This document shows positions 48,033 through 57,240 of a stretch of DNA of 64,000 nt, piece after piece (the stretch's first letter is position 1; each line of letters opens with the position of its first letter). The notes below the pieces were generated by a model. It did no database searches and had not been told where the DNA came from. It saw only the letters and a list, made by a program, of their open reading frames with translations. A program made the translations under genes and the position numbers. Location: the NCBI GenBank assembly GCA_903869725.1, contig CAIQAD010000038.1, positions 11,101 to 75,100 of the forward strand, in the 5' to 3' direction. Source of the DNA: an uncultured Alphaproteobacteria bacterium. Its GTDB lineage: Bacteria; Pseudomonadota; Alphaproteobacteria; Pelagibacterales; Pelagibacteraceae.

Positions 48033-48577
48033 TAATGTGCTTTTTGATATTTAATAATTGCAAGTCTAAACGGTAATAACATTACAACATCAACAAATAG
48101 TTTTACTGAAAAATCACCAACTCCTAGTATTAACCAATCCATTCCAGTTCCATAAAATGCAATACTAAAAAATATGACTGTGTCTAAAATTGATCCTAAA
48201 ATAGATGAAGCAAACGGCGGTAGCCACCAAACTTTTTTTCTAAGAATATCAAATACTGAGATATCTAATAATTCTCCTGCAAGATAAGCAATTCCGGATG
48301 CAATAATAATTCTACCTGGAATATATATTCTTAAAATAAAACATAAGCCTATTCCGATAACAAAACCTAAAAATACAACTTCTCGCGCAAATGACTTTCC
48401 AAAAAATCTATTTGCAAGATCACTCACAAGGAAAGAAACAGGATAAGTAAAAGCGCCCCACGTTAAAATATCTTTAAGACCATAATAATCAAAAGGAAAT
48501 TGAACAAGATAATTAGATGAAATTAATACTATCGCCATTACTAGCGAAAAATACAGAGCAGCTTTATTAAATTTCAT
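48029..48577 (-). CDS. yhhQ: queuosine-precursor (preQ0/preQ1) transporter, YhhQ/VUT (DUF165) family
   Basis: 182 aa with about 5 TM segments. [24 protein letters not shown] and the [13 protein letters not shown] pattern match YhhQ. Its stop overlaps the cobT stop by 4 nt. Confidence 0.8.
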   Translation of the reverse strand: MKFNKAALYFSLVMAIVLISSNYLVQFPFDYYGLKDILTWGAFTYPVSFLVSDLANRFFGKSFAREVVFLGFVIGIGLCFILRIYIPGRIIIASGIAYLAGELLDISVFDILRKKVWWLPPFASSILGSILDTVIFFSIAFYGTGMDWLILGVGDFSVKLFVDVVMLLPFRLAIIKYQKAHY

Positions 48578-48918
48578 TAATTAGCTTTTGTCTTAACAGC
48601 TTTTTTAGATGTAATTTCTTTTCTTACTTTTTTAACAAAGGGAACTATTGTGTGTAATAATTTTTTATATTTTTTTGCGCGTGCAGATAAATTTTTACTC
48701 TTTGCTTGTAATAAAAATTCATCAATACCTCCTCTAAAATCAACTGCTTTGATTGCGCGTGTACAAATTCTAATACGAATATCTCTTTTTAATTTATCGC
48801 TAAAAAAAGAAACTTTCTTTAAATTAGGCATAAAACGACGCTTTGTTTTATTATTCGCATGACTGACATTGTGACCAGTCTGAGGTCTTTTTCCTGTTAA
48901 TTCGCAAACTTGAGACAT
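48577..48918 (-). CDS. rpmB: 50S ribosomal protein L28 with Lys-rich C-terminal extension
   Basis: 113 aa. MSQVCELTGKRPQTGHNVSHANNKTKRRFMPNL is the L28 signature. Its TAA overlaps the yhhQ ATG (TAATG). Confidence 0.93.
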   Translation of the reverse strand: MSQVCELTGKRPQTGHNVSHANNKTKRRFMPNLKKVSFFSDKLKRDIRIRICTRAIKAVDFRGGIDEFLLQAKSKNLSARAKKYKKLLHTIVPFVKKVRKEITSKKAVKTKAN

Positions 48919-49051
48919 AAATTATCGAGAGGTGGTATATGACTTCATTGAATTTCAGTCAAGATAATTGCCATTTTTTGTTATTTTTTTCGGTGAATTG
49001 ACATCTAATTTTTAGATAGATACTTAGATAATAACTCACAAACCAAATGAA

Positions 49052-50113
49052 TTGATGTTTCAAGTTTTTTTACCAATTGTAAAAATTCACATCAATTTTC
49101 TCTATATATTTTTAGTTACTTGCTCCACTGGAATTATTAGCGGCATGATTGGTATTGGTGGAGGATTTTTAATGATTCCAACTTTGATCTTTCTTGGAGT
49201 GCCTCCTTCATTTGCAATTGCAAATGGTTCAAATGCTATTTTGTCAACTTCAGTCTCTGGAACATTAAATGCCTATTACAAAAAAATTTTAGATTTTACT
49301 ATGGGATATTACATTCTGAGTGGAGCACTTTTTGGGGCTTTAATTGGAACTTTTGCTTTTAAAAAATTTATAAAATCTGGATTGATTAATGAAATAACTG
49401 GAATGTTATTTTTTATATTGCTTACTACTTTTGGAATTATAATGCTTTATGAAAGTATTATTGAAATTTATAAAAATCGAAAATTAAAAATAGCAAAAAA
49501 AAAAAGAAATAAGCACTATTGGATACACGGGTTACCTCTTAAGGTTAGAATGCATACATCAAGATTATACACAAGTATTATTCCACCAATATTTTTTGGA
49601 TTTATTACAGGACTTATTTCAGCATTACTTGGTATAGGAGGTGCGTTTATTTTAATGCCTCTAATGATTTATGCGCTTGGAATGTCTATTAATACAGCAA
49701 GAGGAACTGCTTTATTTGTGGTTATTGGTACAATGACCTTCACAACACTTTTTCACAGTATAGCAAACCACAATATCGATCTTGTATTAATTCTACTTCT
49801 GCTTTCTGGTTCGTTAATAGGTGTTCAAATTGGAACTAAAATTAGTAATAAACTTAAAAATGAAGAAATACGATTTATAACTGCAATTATTATTGTTTTA
49901 TTTGGTCTTAAATTTGGAAAATCTTTATTTTTTGCTGCAAAACAAATTAAGATTATTAGAAAAATAGAAATTGAACACCAAATTAATATTTTCAGCAAAC
50001 TTATTTATGAATTTGCTAGAAATCATTCTATAATTTACGGTCTTACAGCAGTTTTAATTGCAATTTTTTTTGGTTCTTTAACTTCTTATGTCGCAAGGAA
50101 TTTTCATAAATAA
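49052..50113 (+). CDS. TauE/SafE (DUF81) family anion exporter
   Basis: 353 aa. Two repeats each begin G(I/A)GGGF(L/I)(M)(I/P), seen as ISGMIGIGGGFLMIP and LGIGGAFILMPL. The start is TTG 49052 or ATG 49055. Confidence 0.85.
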   Translation: MMFQVFLPIVKIHINFLYIFLVTCSTGIISGMIGIGGGFLMIPTLIFLGVPPSFAIANGSNAILSTSVSGTLNAYYKKILDFTMGYYILSGALFGALIGTFAFKKFIKSGLINEITGMLFFILLTTFGIIMLYESIIEIYKNRKLKIAKKKRNKHYWIHGLPLKVRMHTSRLYTSIIPPIFFGFITGLISALLGIGGAFILMPLMIYALGMSINTARGTALFVVIGTMTFTTLFHSIANHNIDLVLILLLLSGSLIGVQIGTKISNKLKNEEIRFITAIIIVLFGLKFGKSLFFAAKQIKIIRKIEIEHQINIFSKLIYEFARNHSIIYGLTAVLIAIFFGSLTSYVARNFHK

Positions 50114-50149
50114 ATTTAATTTTTAAAATTTTAGTATATAATTAAGTCT

Positions 50150-51079
50150 ATGAACGATACGGAAACTAGCCCCTTTCAAGCAACTGACTTATCTGAATTA
50201 AAGCAAATTCAAAAGCCTAATTGGATTTTTGCTTATTCTTATTGGGATATCGTGCCTGTTGCATGTGGTATTTTGCATTTATTGTTTCTAGTAAGCTTAA
50301 TTGTATTTTTTAATAAAATTTCATTACTATTATTTATTGTTTTAGCTTCTATTTACGCCATAAGTATTTCATGGAATATCAATGGAATCTCTCACAACTT
50401 TATTCATAATCCTTATTTTAAATCAAATTTTTTAAATAGAATTTTTAGTTTAATTTTATCTTTAACGATGGTGTTCTCTCAAACATTTTACGAAATAACA
50501 CACAATAGACATCACACAGGTAATAGCGATCGACCTGATCAGCATGGTCATACTTATGATTGGATTTCAATTTATAAACATGGAAAAGAAGGAAGGCCGG
50601 AGGGAGTTTGGTCTTATTGTCTAAAAGGATATTTCAGAGATAATATTCCTGAAATTTATAGAGAACTTAAAAAGAAAAATATTAAGTCTGCAAAATTTGG
50701 AGTATTTGAAATAGTAGCCTCTATTATATTTACAATTATTGGTCTGTTTATCAACTGGAAGGCAACACTTTGTTTGGTGCCTTTTTATTATATTGGACAT
50801 TCTTTATCTTATCTGAATGGTTACTATGAACATTTCAATGGCAACCCTGATAAACCCATTGCTTGGGGAGTGAGCACTTATAATAAGATATATAATTGGA
50901 TTTGGTTTAATAACGGTTATCATGCTGAACATCATTATCGTCCAAAGATACATTGGACAAAAATGAAAGAGCTACACAAGAAAATTGAACAAGAACAAAT
51001 TAAAGAAGGTGTTCACGTTATTGATCATTCTCACCCGCTAGGTTTTCTAGACGAAAAAAATAAGACTTTAAAAGCTTAA
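50150..51079 (+). CDS. membrane fatty-acid desaturase family protein
   Basis: 309 aa. Three His boxes, HNFIH, HNRHH and HAEHH, with interspersed TM segments. Confidence 0.8.
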   Translation: MNDTETSPFQATDLSELKQIQKPNWIFAYSYWDIVPVACGILHLLFLVSLIVFFNKISLLLFIVLASIYAISISWNINGISHNFIHNPYFKSNFLNRIFSLILSLTMVFSQTFYEITHNRHHTGNSDRPDQHGHTYDWISIYKHGKEGRPEGVWSYCLKGYFRDNIPEIYRELKKKNIKSAKFGVFEIVASIIFTIIGLFINWKATLCLVPFYYIGHSLSYLNGYYEHFNGNPDKPIAWGVSTYNKIYNWIWFNNGYHAEHHYRPKIHWTKMKELHKKIEQEQIKEGVHVIDHSHPLGFLDEKNKTLKA

Positions 51080-51778
51080 TTACTTCACAACTTTAGAATC
51101 TTGGCCAAAAAGAATCTTTTTAGATTCTTCAGTAACTGAAGGTGCAACATTAACTGTTTTTGCAACATCATAAGCTTTTATGGTTGCAGGTCTTTGTCTA
51201 ATTCTTTCAAACCATTTATGAAGATAGGGAAATTCTTCAATTTTTTGTTCTTGTCTTTTATGTGGTACAATCCAAGGGTAACTTGCCATATCCGCAATTG
51301 AATATTCACCTACAATATAATCTCTACCATCTGATAATTGTTTATTTAAAACACCATACAGACGTGAAGTTTCTTTAATATATCTTGTCATAGCATATGG
51401 AATTTTTTCAGGCGCATACTGCACAAAGTGATGATTTTGGCCAGCCATAGGTCCAAGTCCACCCATTTGCCAAAATAACCACTGCAAAGTTTCGTTTCTT
51501 CCTCTTAAATCTTGGGGAATAAATTTTTTAATTTTATCAGCTAAATAAAGAAGAATAGCTCCAGACTCAAATATTGAAATAGGCTTATTACCCTCTAAAG
51601 GTTTATGATCAACGATGGCTGGAATTCTGTTGTTTGGAGAAATCTTTAAAAATTCATGCTTAAATTGGTCTCCTGTACTAATGTTAACTGGTATCAATTT
51701 GAAAGGAAGAGCTGCCTCTTCTAAAAAAATCGTAATTTTATGACCATTTGGTGTCGTCCAATAATAAAGATCAATCAT
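51080..51778 (-). CDS. yfcG: Nu-class glutathione S-transferase (YfcG-like disulfide reductase)
   Basis: 232 aa. It is near-collinear with E. coli YfcG as I recall it (MIDLYYWTTPNGHKITIFLEEA, ISPNNRIPAIVDH, FESGAILLYLA, LQWLFWQMGGLGPMAGQNHHF). Confidence 0.9.
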   Translation of the reverse strand: MIDLYYWTTPNGHKITIFLEEAALPFKLIPVNISTGDQFKHEFLKISPNNRIPAIVDHKPLEGNKPISIFESGAILLYLADKIKKFIPQDLRGRNETLQWLFWQMGGLGPMAGQNHHFVQYAPEKIPYAMTRYIKETSRLYGVLNKQLSDGRDYIVGEYSIADMASYPWIVPHKRQEQKIEEFPYLHKWFERIRQRPATIKAYDVAKTVNVAPSVTEESKKILFGQDSKVVK

Positions 51779-51779
51779 A

Positions 51780-53072
51780 TTACTCTTTTGGATGAAGATG
51801 TTTCATATTCATAACGTCTTTGTAAAGTATAACGCCTAACATTTTACCTGACTGTTCTACAACCGGTAAAGCTCTATAGTAATAACGCGCGAACATTTCA
51901 GTTGCATCTTTGAGTGAACTTTCATTATTTAAACTTACAACTTTTGTATTCATAATATCTTTAAGTAACGACTCATCTTCAGCAATTAATAATTCTTTTA
52001 AGTTAACAACTCCAACCAACGCGTCATTGGAGTCTAGAATATATAAATAATTAATAGCGTCTTTACCTTTTGCCATTCTTTGAAAACTTCGTCTCGTTTG
52101 CTGAGCTGTCTTATCTTGATTAAATTTTATATAAGTTGGAATAGCAAAATCTGAAATGTTGACTTGTTGTGCTTTCAAAATAGATTTTATTTTATTTGCA
52201 TGTTCTTGTTCTAGAAGTTTTAAAATTTCTTCAACTTGAACTAGTGGCAAGATAGATAACACATCCGCTCCTTGCGCTGGTGTCATTTCATTAATCAAAA
52301 CTGCTGTTTTTTCTTTTTGTAAAGAGGCAATCACATTTCTTTGAACGTGAGGATCAATTTCTTCTAACGTATCTGATGCTTGCTCAGTATCTAGTTGATT
52401 AAAAACTACCATTCGTTGATCTTGCGGCATTTCTTCTAAAATATCTGCAAGATCTACTGGTGGCATCTCTGCAATTTGTTCTTTGATAACTTTTAATTTT
52501 AAGTCCCCTTTAAAAGATCCGATTTGTTCAGGCATCGGCTCTACGTAACTCCAGGGAACTGTTTGGTTTTGAATTTTATCTGCAAGCTTATAAATAAAAT
52601 TTGCAATACCCTTTAATCCTATTCTTCTAAGAAATCCATAACGAGACAAATCAACGTCTACAACATAAAGTTTATTATCACGCATCACTAATTTTACATC
52701 ATAAACCACTTCTACTTCTCGTCCGTTCACATCTAAAACTTTTTTATCTAAGATAAAATCTTTAAGAAAAATAAATTTATCATCATGTAAATTCTCGAAT
52801 GCTTTTAAATTATCAACATTACATGTAATTTCTTTTTCCGTTAGATTAGAAAAATATTCCCAAGGTATAATTAACATCGGATCGCCAAAAGGCCGTGCAA
52901 CACATACATGGGTAACTTCTGCAAATTTATCTTTATCTATAATGACAAAGTCATCAATTTTTCCTATTTTCTTTTCCTGAAACATTACTTTAGTGCCAGT
53001 AATTTCTGTTAAGAAAAATATTTTCTCATTAATTTGCGTTTTTATAATTGGGGTTCCAGTTTGTAGTTCCAT
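51780..53072 (-). CDS. soluble PRC-barrel + MgtE_N + CBS-pair protein (MgtE cytoplasmic module without a membrane domain)
   Basis: 430 aa with no hydrophobic segment. PRC-like ITGTKVMFQEKKIGKIDDFVIID, MgtE_N-like MPPVDLADILEEMPQDQRMVVFNQLDTEQASDTLEEIDP...EMTPAQGADVLSILP, then two CBS repeats. Confidence 0.85.
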   Translation of the reverse strand: MELQTGTPIIKTQINEKIFFLTEITGTKVMFQEKKIGKIDDFVIIDKDKFAEVTHVCVARPFGDPMLIIPWEYFSNLTEKEITCNVDNLKAFENLHDDKFIFLKDFILDKKVLDVNGREVEVVYDVKLVMRDNKLYVVDVDLSRYGFLRRIGLKGIANFIYKLADKIQNQTVPWSYVEPMPEQIGSFKGDLKLKVIKEQIAEMPPVDLADILEEMPQDQRMVVFNQLDTEQASDTLEEIDPHVQRNVIASLQKEKTAVLINEMTPAQGADVLSILPLVQVEEILKLLEQEHANKIKSILKAQQVNISDFAIPTYIKFNQDKTAQQTRRSFQRMAKGKDAINYLYILDSNDALVGVVNLKELLIAEDESLLKDIMNTKVVSLNNESSLKDATEMFARYYYRALPVVEQSGKMLGVILYKDVMNMKHLHPKE

Positions 53073-53077
53073 AAATT

Positions 53078-53266
53078 TTATAAAATTGAGACAAATTTGA
53101 TTATAACTAGCGACACAATAACAATAAGGTAAATTCTAAGTAGCACGAGAATAAATTTCATAGGTTTGCTTAAGACAAAATTTGGTTTTTCATATTTTTT
53201 ATTTATACTTTTAACAGTTTCGACTAAATTTTTAAAAATTTCAGATATAATTTCAAAAAATCTCAT
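53078..53266 (-). CDS. candidate 62-aa tail-anchored membrane protein
   Basis: The short form of track ORF 53078-53347 starts at MRFFEIISEIF..., 4 nt after the NRAMP-like stop. It has a C-terminal TM (FILVLLRIYLIVIVSLVIIKFVSIL) and lies 5 nt upstream of the MgtE_N/CBS gene. Confidence 0.45.
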   Translation of the reverse strand: MRFFEIISEIFKNLVETVKSINKKYEKPNFVLSKPMKFILVLLRIYLIVIVSLVIIKFVSIL

Positions 53267-53270
53267 AAAT

Positions 53271-54548
53271 TTAGAATATTTTAATAATATTGGGGAATAA
53301 AGTGGATATTCCGTAAAGCGTTGATACAAAAATAATGAATAATACAATTCCTATATTTATAATATTTTCTCCTGAAGTGTTCTTATATTTGCCCATAGTT
53401 GGCTCATGATTTAACAAAATAATTAAGAATACTAAAGCCGCAGGCAATAAAGTAACTGATACTACTTGTACAAATAAAGTAATTAAAATGAGTGGTGCGC
53501 CTGGAATTAATACAACGGCACCTGAGCTAATAAGAATTATAAAATAAAAGAAATAAAACCATGGCGCTTCTTTTACTTTGTAATTTAATGAATGTGCCCA
53601 GCCAAAGACTTCACCAAAAGCCCAAGTGCTTGCAAGCGATATACAAACAGCACCTAATAATCCCGCATCAAAAAGTCCAATTGCAAGAAATGTTCCTAAA
53701 TATTTATTGATATCCATTAATTTAATCGAAGCTTGTGCGGCACTTTCAATATCAACTCCGTACAACAAAGTGCCTGTGACGATGATACAAAAAAATGCAA
53801 TCGCAACAGTAAAAATTGCACCAATCGCTGTATCTACTTTTCCAAGAAACATATCTTTTTCCTGCATATTTTTATCAACTACAGAACTTTGCTGAAAAAA
53901 AATCATCCAAGGAGCAATAGTTGTTCCAATATTTGCCAAGAATAAAAAGAATAGATCGCTTGTAATTCCTCCAGGTGGAATATGCGGAATAAAAGAATTT
54001 TTTAAAATCTCTGTTGCTGATGGATGAATCATGAAAGCTGCGGGGATATAAATTAAATTTAAAATACAAAAGCCCATTACAATTTTCTCCCAAGTCCAAT
54101 ATCTTCCCTGGATCACCATAAAAGCCATAATAATAATTACAACTATGACTGTTATAAATGGCGGTACATTAAAAATAGAAAGGGCCGCAGTCATCCCAAT
54201 AAACTCTGTGACAAGTGTTAACCAATTTGTAAAAACTAAATCTAATAAAGAAAACCAACCCCAGCCAGGACCAAAGGCTGCAAAAATTGCTTCGGCATGA
54301 CCTCTCTTGGTAACAGCTCCAAGTCTAACAGTCATTTCTTGCACGTAATAAGCAACTGGACCTAAAATAATTAAAAACCAAAGAAAATGATATTTATATT
54401 TAGCACCGGTGACTACGTAAGTGGTAATTCCACCTGCATCATTATCTGCGATCATAACGATAAGACCAGGTCCTGCAACGAGCAAATAAGTTTTAACTGC
54501 TTTCCAAAATCTTCGGTATTTATAAAAAAGATTTGACCAGAAGTTCAT
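53271..54548 (-). CDS. NRAMP (SLC11)-related transporter with non-canonical metal site (NRMT-like)
   Basis: 425 aa with about 11 TM segments. The TM1 motif is GPGLIVMIADNDAGG, so D37-A-G-G40 (54429-54440) replaces DPGN. TM6 is GTTIAPWMIFFQQS, so A212-P-W (53907-53915) replaces M-P-H. Confidence 0.88.
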   Translation of the reverse strand: MNFWSNLFYKYRRFWKAVKTYLLVAGPGLIVMIADNDAGGITTYVVTGAKYKYHFLWFLIILGPVAYYVQEMTVRLGAVTKRGHAEAIFAAFGPGWGWFSLLDLVFTNWLTLVTEFIGMTAALSIFNVPPFITVIVVIIIMAFMVIQGRYWTWEKIVMGFCILNLIYIPAAFMIHPSATEILKNSFIPHIPPGGITSDLFFLFLANIGTTIAPWMIFFQQSSVVDKNMQEKDMFLGKVDTAIGAIFTVAIAFFCIIVTGTLLYGVDIESAAQASIKLMDINKYLGTFLAIGLFDAGLLGAVCISLASTWAFGEVFGWAHSLNYKVKEAPWFYFFYFIILISSGAVVLIPGAPLILITLFVQVVSVTLLPAALVFLIILLNHEPTMGKYKNTSGENIINIGIVLFIIFVSTLYGISTLFPNIIKIF

Positions 54549-54601
54549 TGTATTTACTCTTTATTTTTTACATATTTTTTATGCCCTTATACTCTTTTAT
54601 A

Positions 54602-55132
54602 TTAATTTTGCTCCTTAATTTTTCTAGATACCAGAGCACGATTATTAAAATTTTCTAAGTATTTTTTTGCAATAATTGGATCGTTATTAATGAATAAAAC
54701 ATTTTCAGCATTTCTATCCTGCGCTGACTTTGTGAAGTTAAAACTCCCAGTAATTACATCTTTTTCATCAACTACCATCACTTTGTTATGGGCAATTGCT
54801 GGCTTGTCATCTATTAAAACATCAATTTTATTTTTTATAAGAGTCTGTGCGCCAAAATTTCTTCTGTCTTCATTTTCTTTATCTAAGATTACTTTGACTA
54901 TAAGTCCCCTCTCGTGAGCCTTTACAATCGCCTGAATTATGGGTTGACTTGTAAAACTATAAGCTTGAACATAAAGAGAAGTTTTTGCTTCATTAATACG
55001 TTTAACGATTTGATCAGTGCAATTGCCCCCTGGTGTGAAGCAAGTACTAATCTCTTGTGCGGATACACAATTAAATAAAAAAAAGCTTAAAATGATAATT
55101 TTTTTCAACATTTGCTGACTCGTTTTTTTCAC
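54602..55132 (-). CDS. secreted single-HKD phospholipase D family protein (Nuc-type endonuclease-like)
   Basis: 176 aa. A signal peptide and one HKD motif, AHNKVMVVDEKDVITGSFNFTKSA. Size and architecture resemble the Nuc nuclease. Confidence 0.85.
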   Translation of the reverse strand: MKKTSQQMLKKIIILSFFLFNCVSAQEISTCFTPGGNCTDQIVKRINEAKTSLYVQAYSFTSQPIIQAIVKAHERGLIVKVILDKENEDRRNFGAQTLIKNKIDVLIDDKPAIAHNKVMVVDEKDVITGSFNFTKSAQDRNAENVLFINNDPIIAKKYLENFNNRALVSRKIKEQN

Positions 55133-55158
55133 AATATAGCATATATTCGCTTTTCTTT

Positions 55159-55743
55159 ATGTTTAAAAAAATCTTATTCATATCGCTTATAGCGATAGTT
55201 GTTTCAAATTCCATTTCGACTAATCGAGCTTTAAGCGATTCAAATATCAAATCACTTAATGCTATGCTCATTCAACAAGATTTTTCACTTGTTGATAAGA
55301 ATGAAAAAAAAATTCATAAATTTAATTTAATGGGAAAGCCAACCATTCTTTTTTTTGGCTTTACTCACTGTCCTGATGTCTGCCCAACTACTTTAAATAC
55401 CTTGTCTACTTTACTTGAAAAATTAGGAGATGATAAAAATAAATTTAATATTTATTTTATAAGCGTTGACCCTGAACGCGATAATACTAAAATTTTAAGG
55501 GACTACTTAAGTAGCTTTGATTCAAAAATTAATGGATTAACAGGAGATCCAAAACAAATTCAAATTTTAACTTCACAATTTGGAATTTATGTAGAAAAAG
55601 TTCTCCAAAATAATGGTGATTACACTATGGACCATAGTGCTATGATGTTGTTACTTGATAAAAATACTAAACTTGTAAGCACATTAACTTATCAAGAATC
55701 TCAAAGCGTTGCTCTTGATAAACTCAAAAACCTTTTGCGTTAG
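55159..55743 (+). CDS. SCO1/SenC copper chaperone / thiol-disulfide oxidoreductase
   Basis: 194 aa. An N-terminal anchor, FGFTHCPDVCP (CxxxCP) and a downstream DHS motif. Confidence 0.9.
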   Translation: MFKKILFISLIAIVVSNSISTNRALSDSNIKSLNAMLIQQDFSLVDKNEKKIHKFNLMGKPTILFFGFTHCPDVCPTTLNTLSTLLEKLGDDKNKFNIYFISVDPERDNTKILRDYLSSFDSKINGLTGDPKQIQILTSQFGIYVEKVLQNNGDYTMDHSAMMLLLDKNTKLVSTLTYQESQSVALDKLKNLLR

Positions 55744-55759
55744 TTAAATACTAATAAAT

Positions 55760-55933
55760 TTAAGAAACATGAAAGTATCTACTTAATACTTTAACTGGCG
55801 ATTGACCTTGCTCAACTTTTTCAACTAACTTATGAATATCACTTAATTTTTGCAGTTTAAATTTTGGAAATCTTTCTTGCCATACTTTAGTTAACTCAGT
55901 TTTTGCAACTTCTTTACTTAAATTAACAGCCAT
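55760..55933 (-). CDS. candidate 57-aa soluble protein, unknown function
   Basis: My translation is MAVNLSKEVAKTELTKVWQERFPKFKLQKLSDIHKLVEKVEQGQSPVKVLSRYFHVS. It is the only ORF in a 239-bp spacer. No SD and no recognisable motif. Confidence 0.3.
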   Translation of the reverse strand: MAVNLSKEVAKTELTKVWQERFPKFKLQKLSDIHKLVEKVEQGQSPVKVLSRYFHVS

Positions 55934-55982
55934 AAAAATAGAGTATCATCAAATAGCCTTACCAACTAATTCATAATCATTT

Positions 55983-57191
55983 TTATTTTGTTAAACGACT
56001 TGCACAAAATGTTGCTATTAATCCAGCGCAACCAAGAAAAGAAAACGCATAAACCCAGTTAGTATTAATATCAATGGCATGATGATTGTTTGTTTTATCA
56101 ATAATAAAACCAAAAATTCCAGGAGTAATTGACCCAAGTCCAATGCCAAAAATAGACCTGTAACCTACCGTTCTACCTACACAATATTTAGGCGTCGATT
56201 CTGTAAGAGCTGCGGTGAGTACTCCTGAATCTCCAATACAAAAAAAAGCATAAATAAAACCTAGTGCAATTATAATTTGCCAATACAACTGAGTGGTCCA
56301 TCCTATTACGAAAGAAAATATTGCGCTTACTAATGCAAATGCAAATAAAATTCTCTTTCTACCAAAAGAATCTGATAAATGACCTGCAAATAGTGATGAG
56401 AACAAACCAGAACAATGAATTGAAAATCCAATTATGATTCCAAGAACCGTTTTACTAATGCTCATTTTATCTAACAAAACAATAGTTAGAAAAATAGGCA
56501 GCCACGACCAAACTCCAAAAAGTTCTGTGGCATGTGCAGTATAGCCTGTGATTAAAAGTTTAGTTTGAGAGTTCTGAACAAGTGAAAACTTTTTATTTTT
56601 GTCAGAGAATAAATATTTTTTAAAAAAATCTTTATATACTGCCGTAAGTAATAATATCATACCAATTAAACTCATGATCGATGAGATAAAAAAGCTTGTA
56701 TGATAATTATAATTAGAAGATAAAATATAATTTATTGAAAGCGATAGTGCATAACCTAAAGATTGCGATCCTAAAAGAGTTCCTACAGCAATTCCTTTCT
56801 TTTTTTGATTAAATTTTTCTGAAACCAGTAAAATTGAAGGTCCATAAATTCCACCTTGTGCAAAACCAACAAAAAAATTTAAACAAGCGGCAGTGATAAA
56901 ATTACTTGCAAAATAAAAAAATATGAAACTTGAGATAAAATTAAGGATAATGAAAATAGAAATTATTCTATTTGGATTATAAAAATCTGAAGCATAAGAG
57001 CTTATAAATAAAGCTAATGCAAAGCCTAGTGTTTCAACTGTTTGAATTATCCCGGCTTGGGTTGCAGATAAGTGCCAAGCAACTATAAGTTGCGACATTG
57101 CACCAACATACATAAAAAAAGTAATTGCAGAAAATACTCTTCCACATGCGATTAGCTTTAACCAATTCCAACTTGTGTTTATTTTCATCAC
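55983..57191 (-). CDS. MFS transporter, substrate unknown
   Basis: 402 aa with 12 predicted TM segments and an MFS loop motif (LSDSFGRKRIL). Confidence 0.85.
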   Translation of the reverse strand: MMKINTSWNWLKLIACGRVFSAITFFMYVGAMSQLIVAWHLSATQAGIIQTVETLGFALALFISSYASDFYNPNRIISIFIILNFISSFIFFYFASNFITAACLNFFVGFAQGGIYGPSILLVSEKFNQKKKGIAVGTLLGSQSLGYALSLSINYILSSNYNYHTSFFISSIMSLIGMILLLTAVYKDFFKKYLFSDKNKKFSLVQNSQTKLLITGYTAHATELFGVWSWLPIFLTIVLLDKMSISKTVLGIIIGFSIHCSGLFSSLFAGHLSDSFGRKRILFAFALVSAIFSFVIGWTTQLYWQIIIALGFIYAFFCIGDSGVLTAALTESTPKYCVGRTVGYRSIFGIGLGSITPGIFGFIIDKTNNHHAIDINTNWVYAFSFLGCAGLIATFCASRLTK

Positions 57192-57240
57192 TTAAAGAAT
57201 TTATTTAAAAAATTTAAATAAGATATAGTCTTTTAAGAAC

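Noticed and set aside
53078-53347. The 89-aa form of the ORF between the NRAMP-like and MgtE_N/CBS genes
   Set aside because: Its first 27 codons overlap the 3' end of the NRAMP-like gene in another frame. The internal Met at 53266 gives a 62-aa protein starting 4 nt after the upstream stop, which fits the translational coupling seen elsewhere.
54602-55132. PLD/HKD nuclease as part of an anti-phage defence island
   Set aside because: It is a single gene with a signal peptide, flanked by the NRAMP-like transporter and SCO1. No helicase, methylase, ATPase or other defence partners are present, and no mobile-element signatures.
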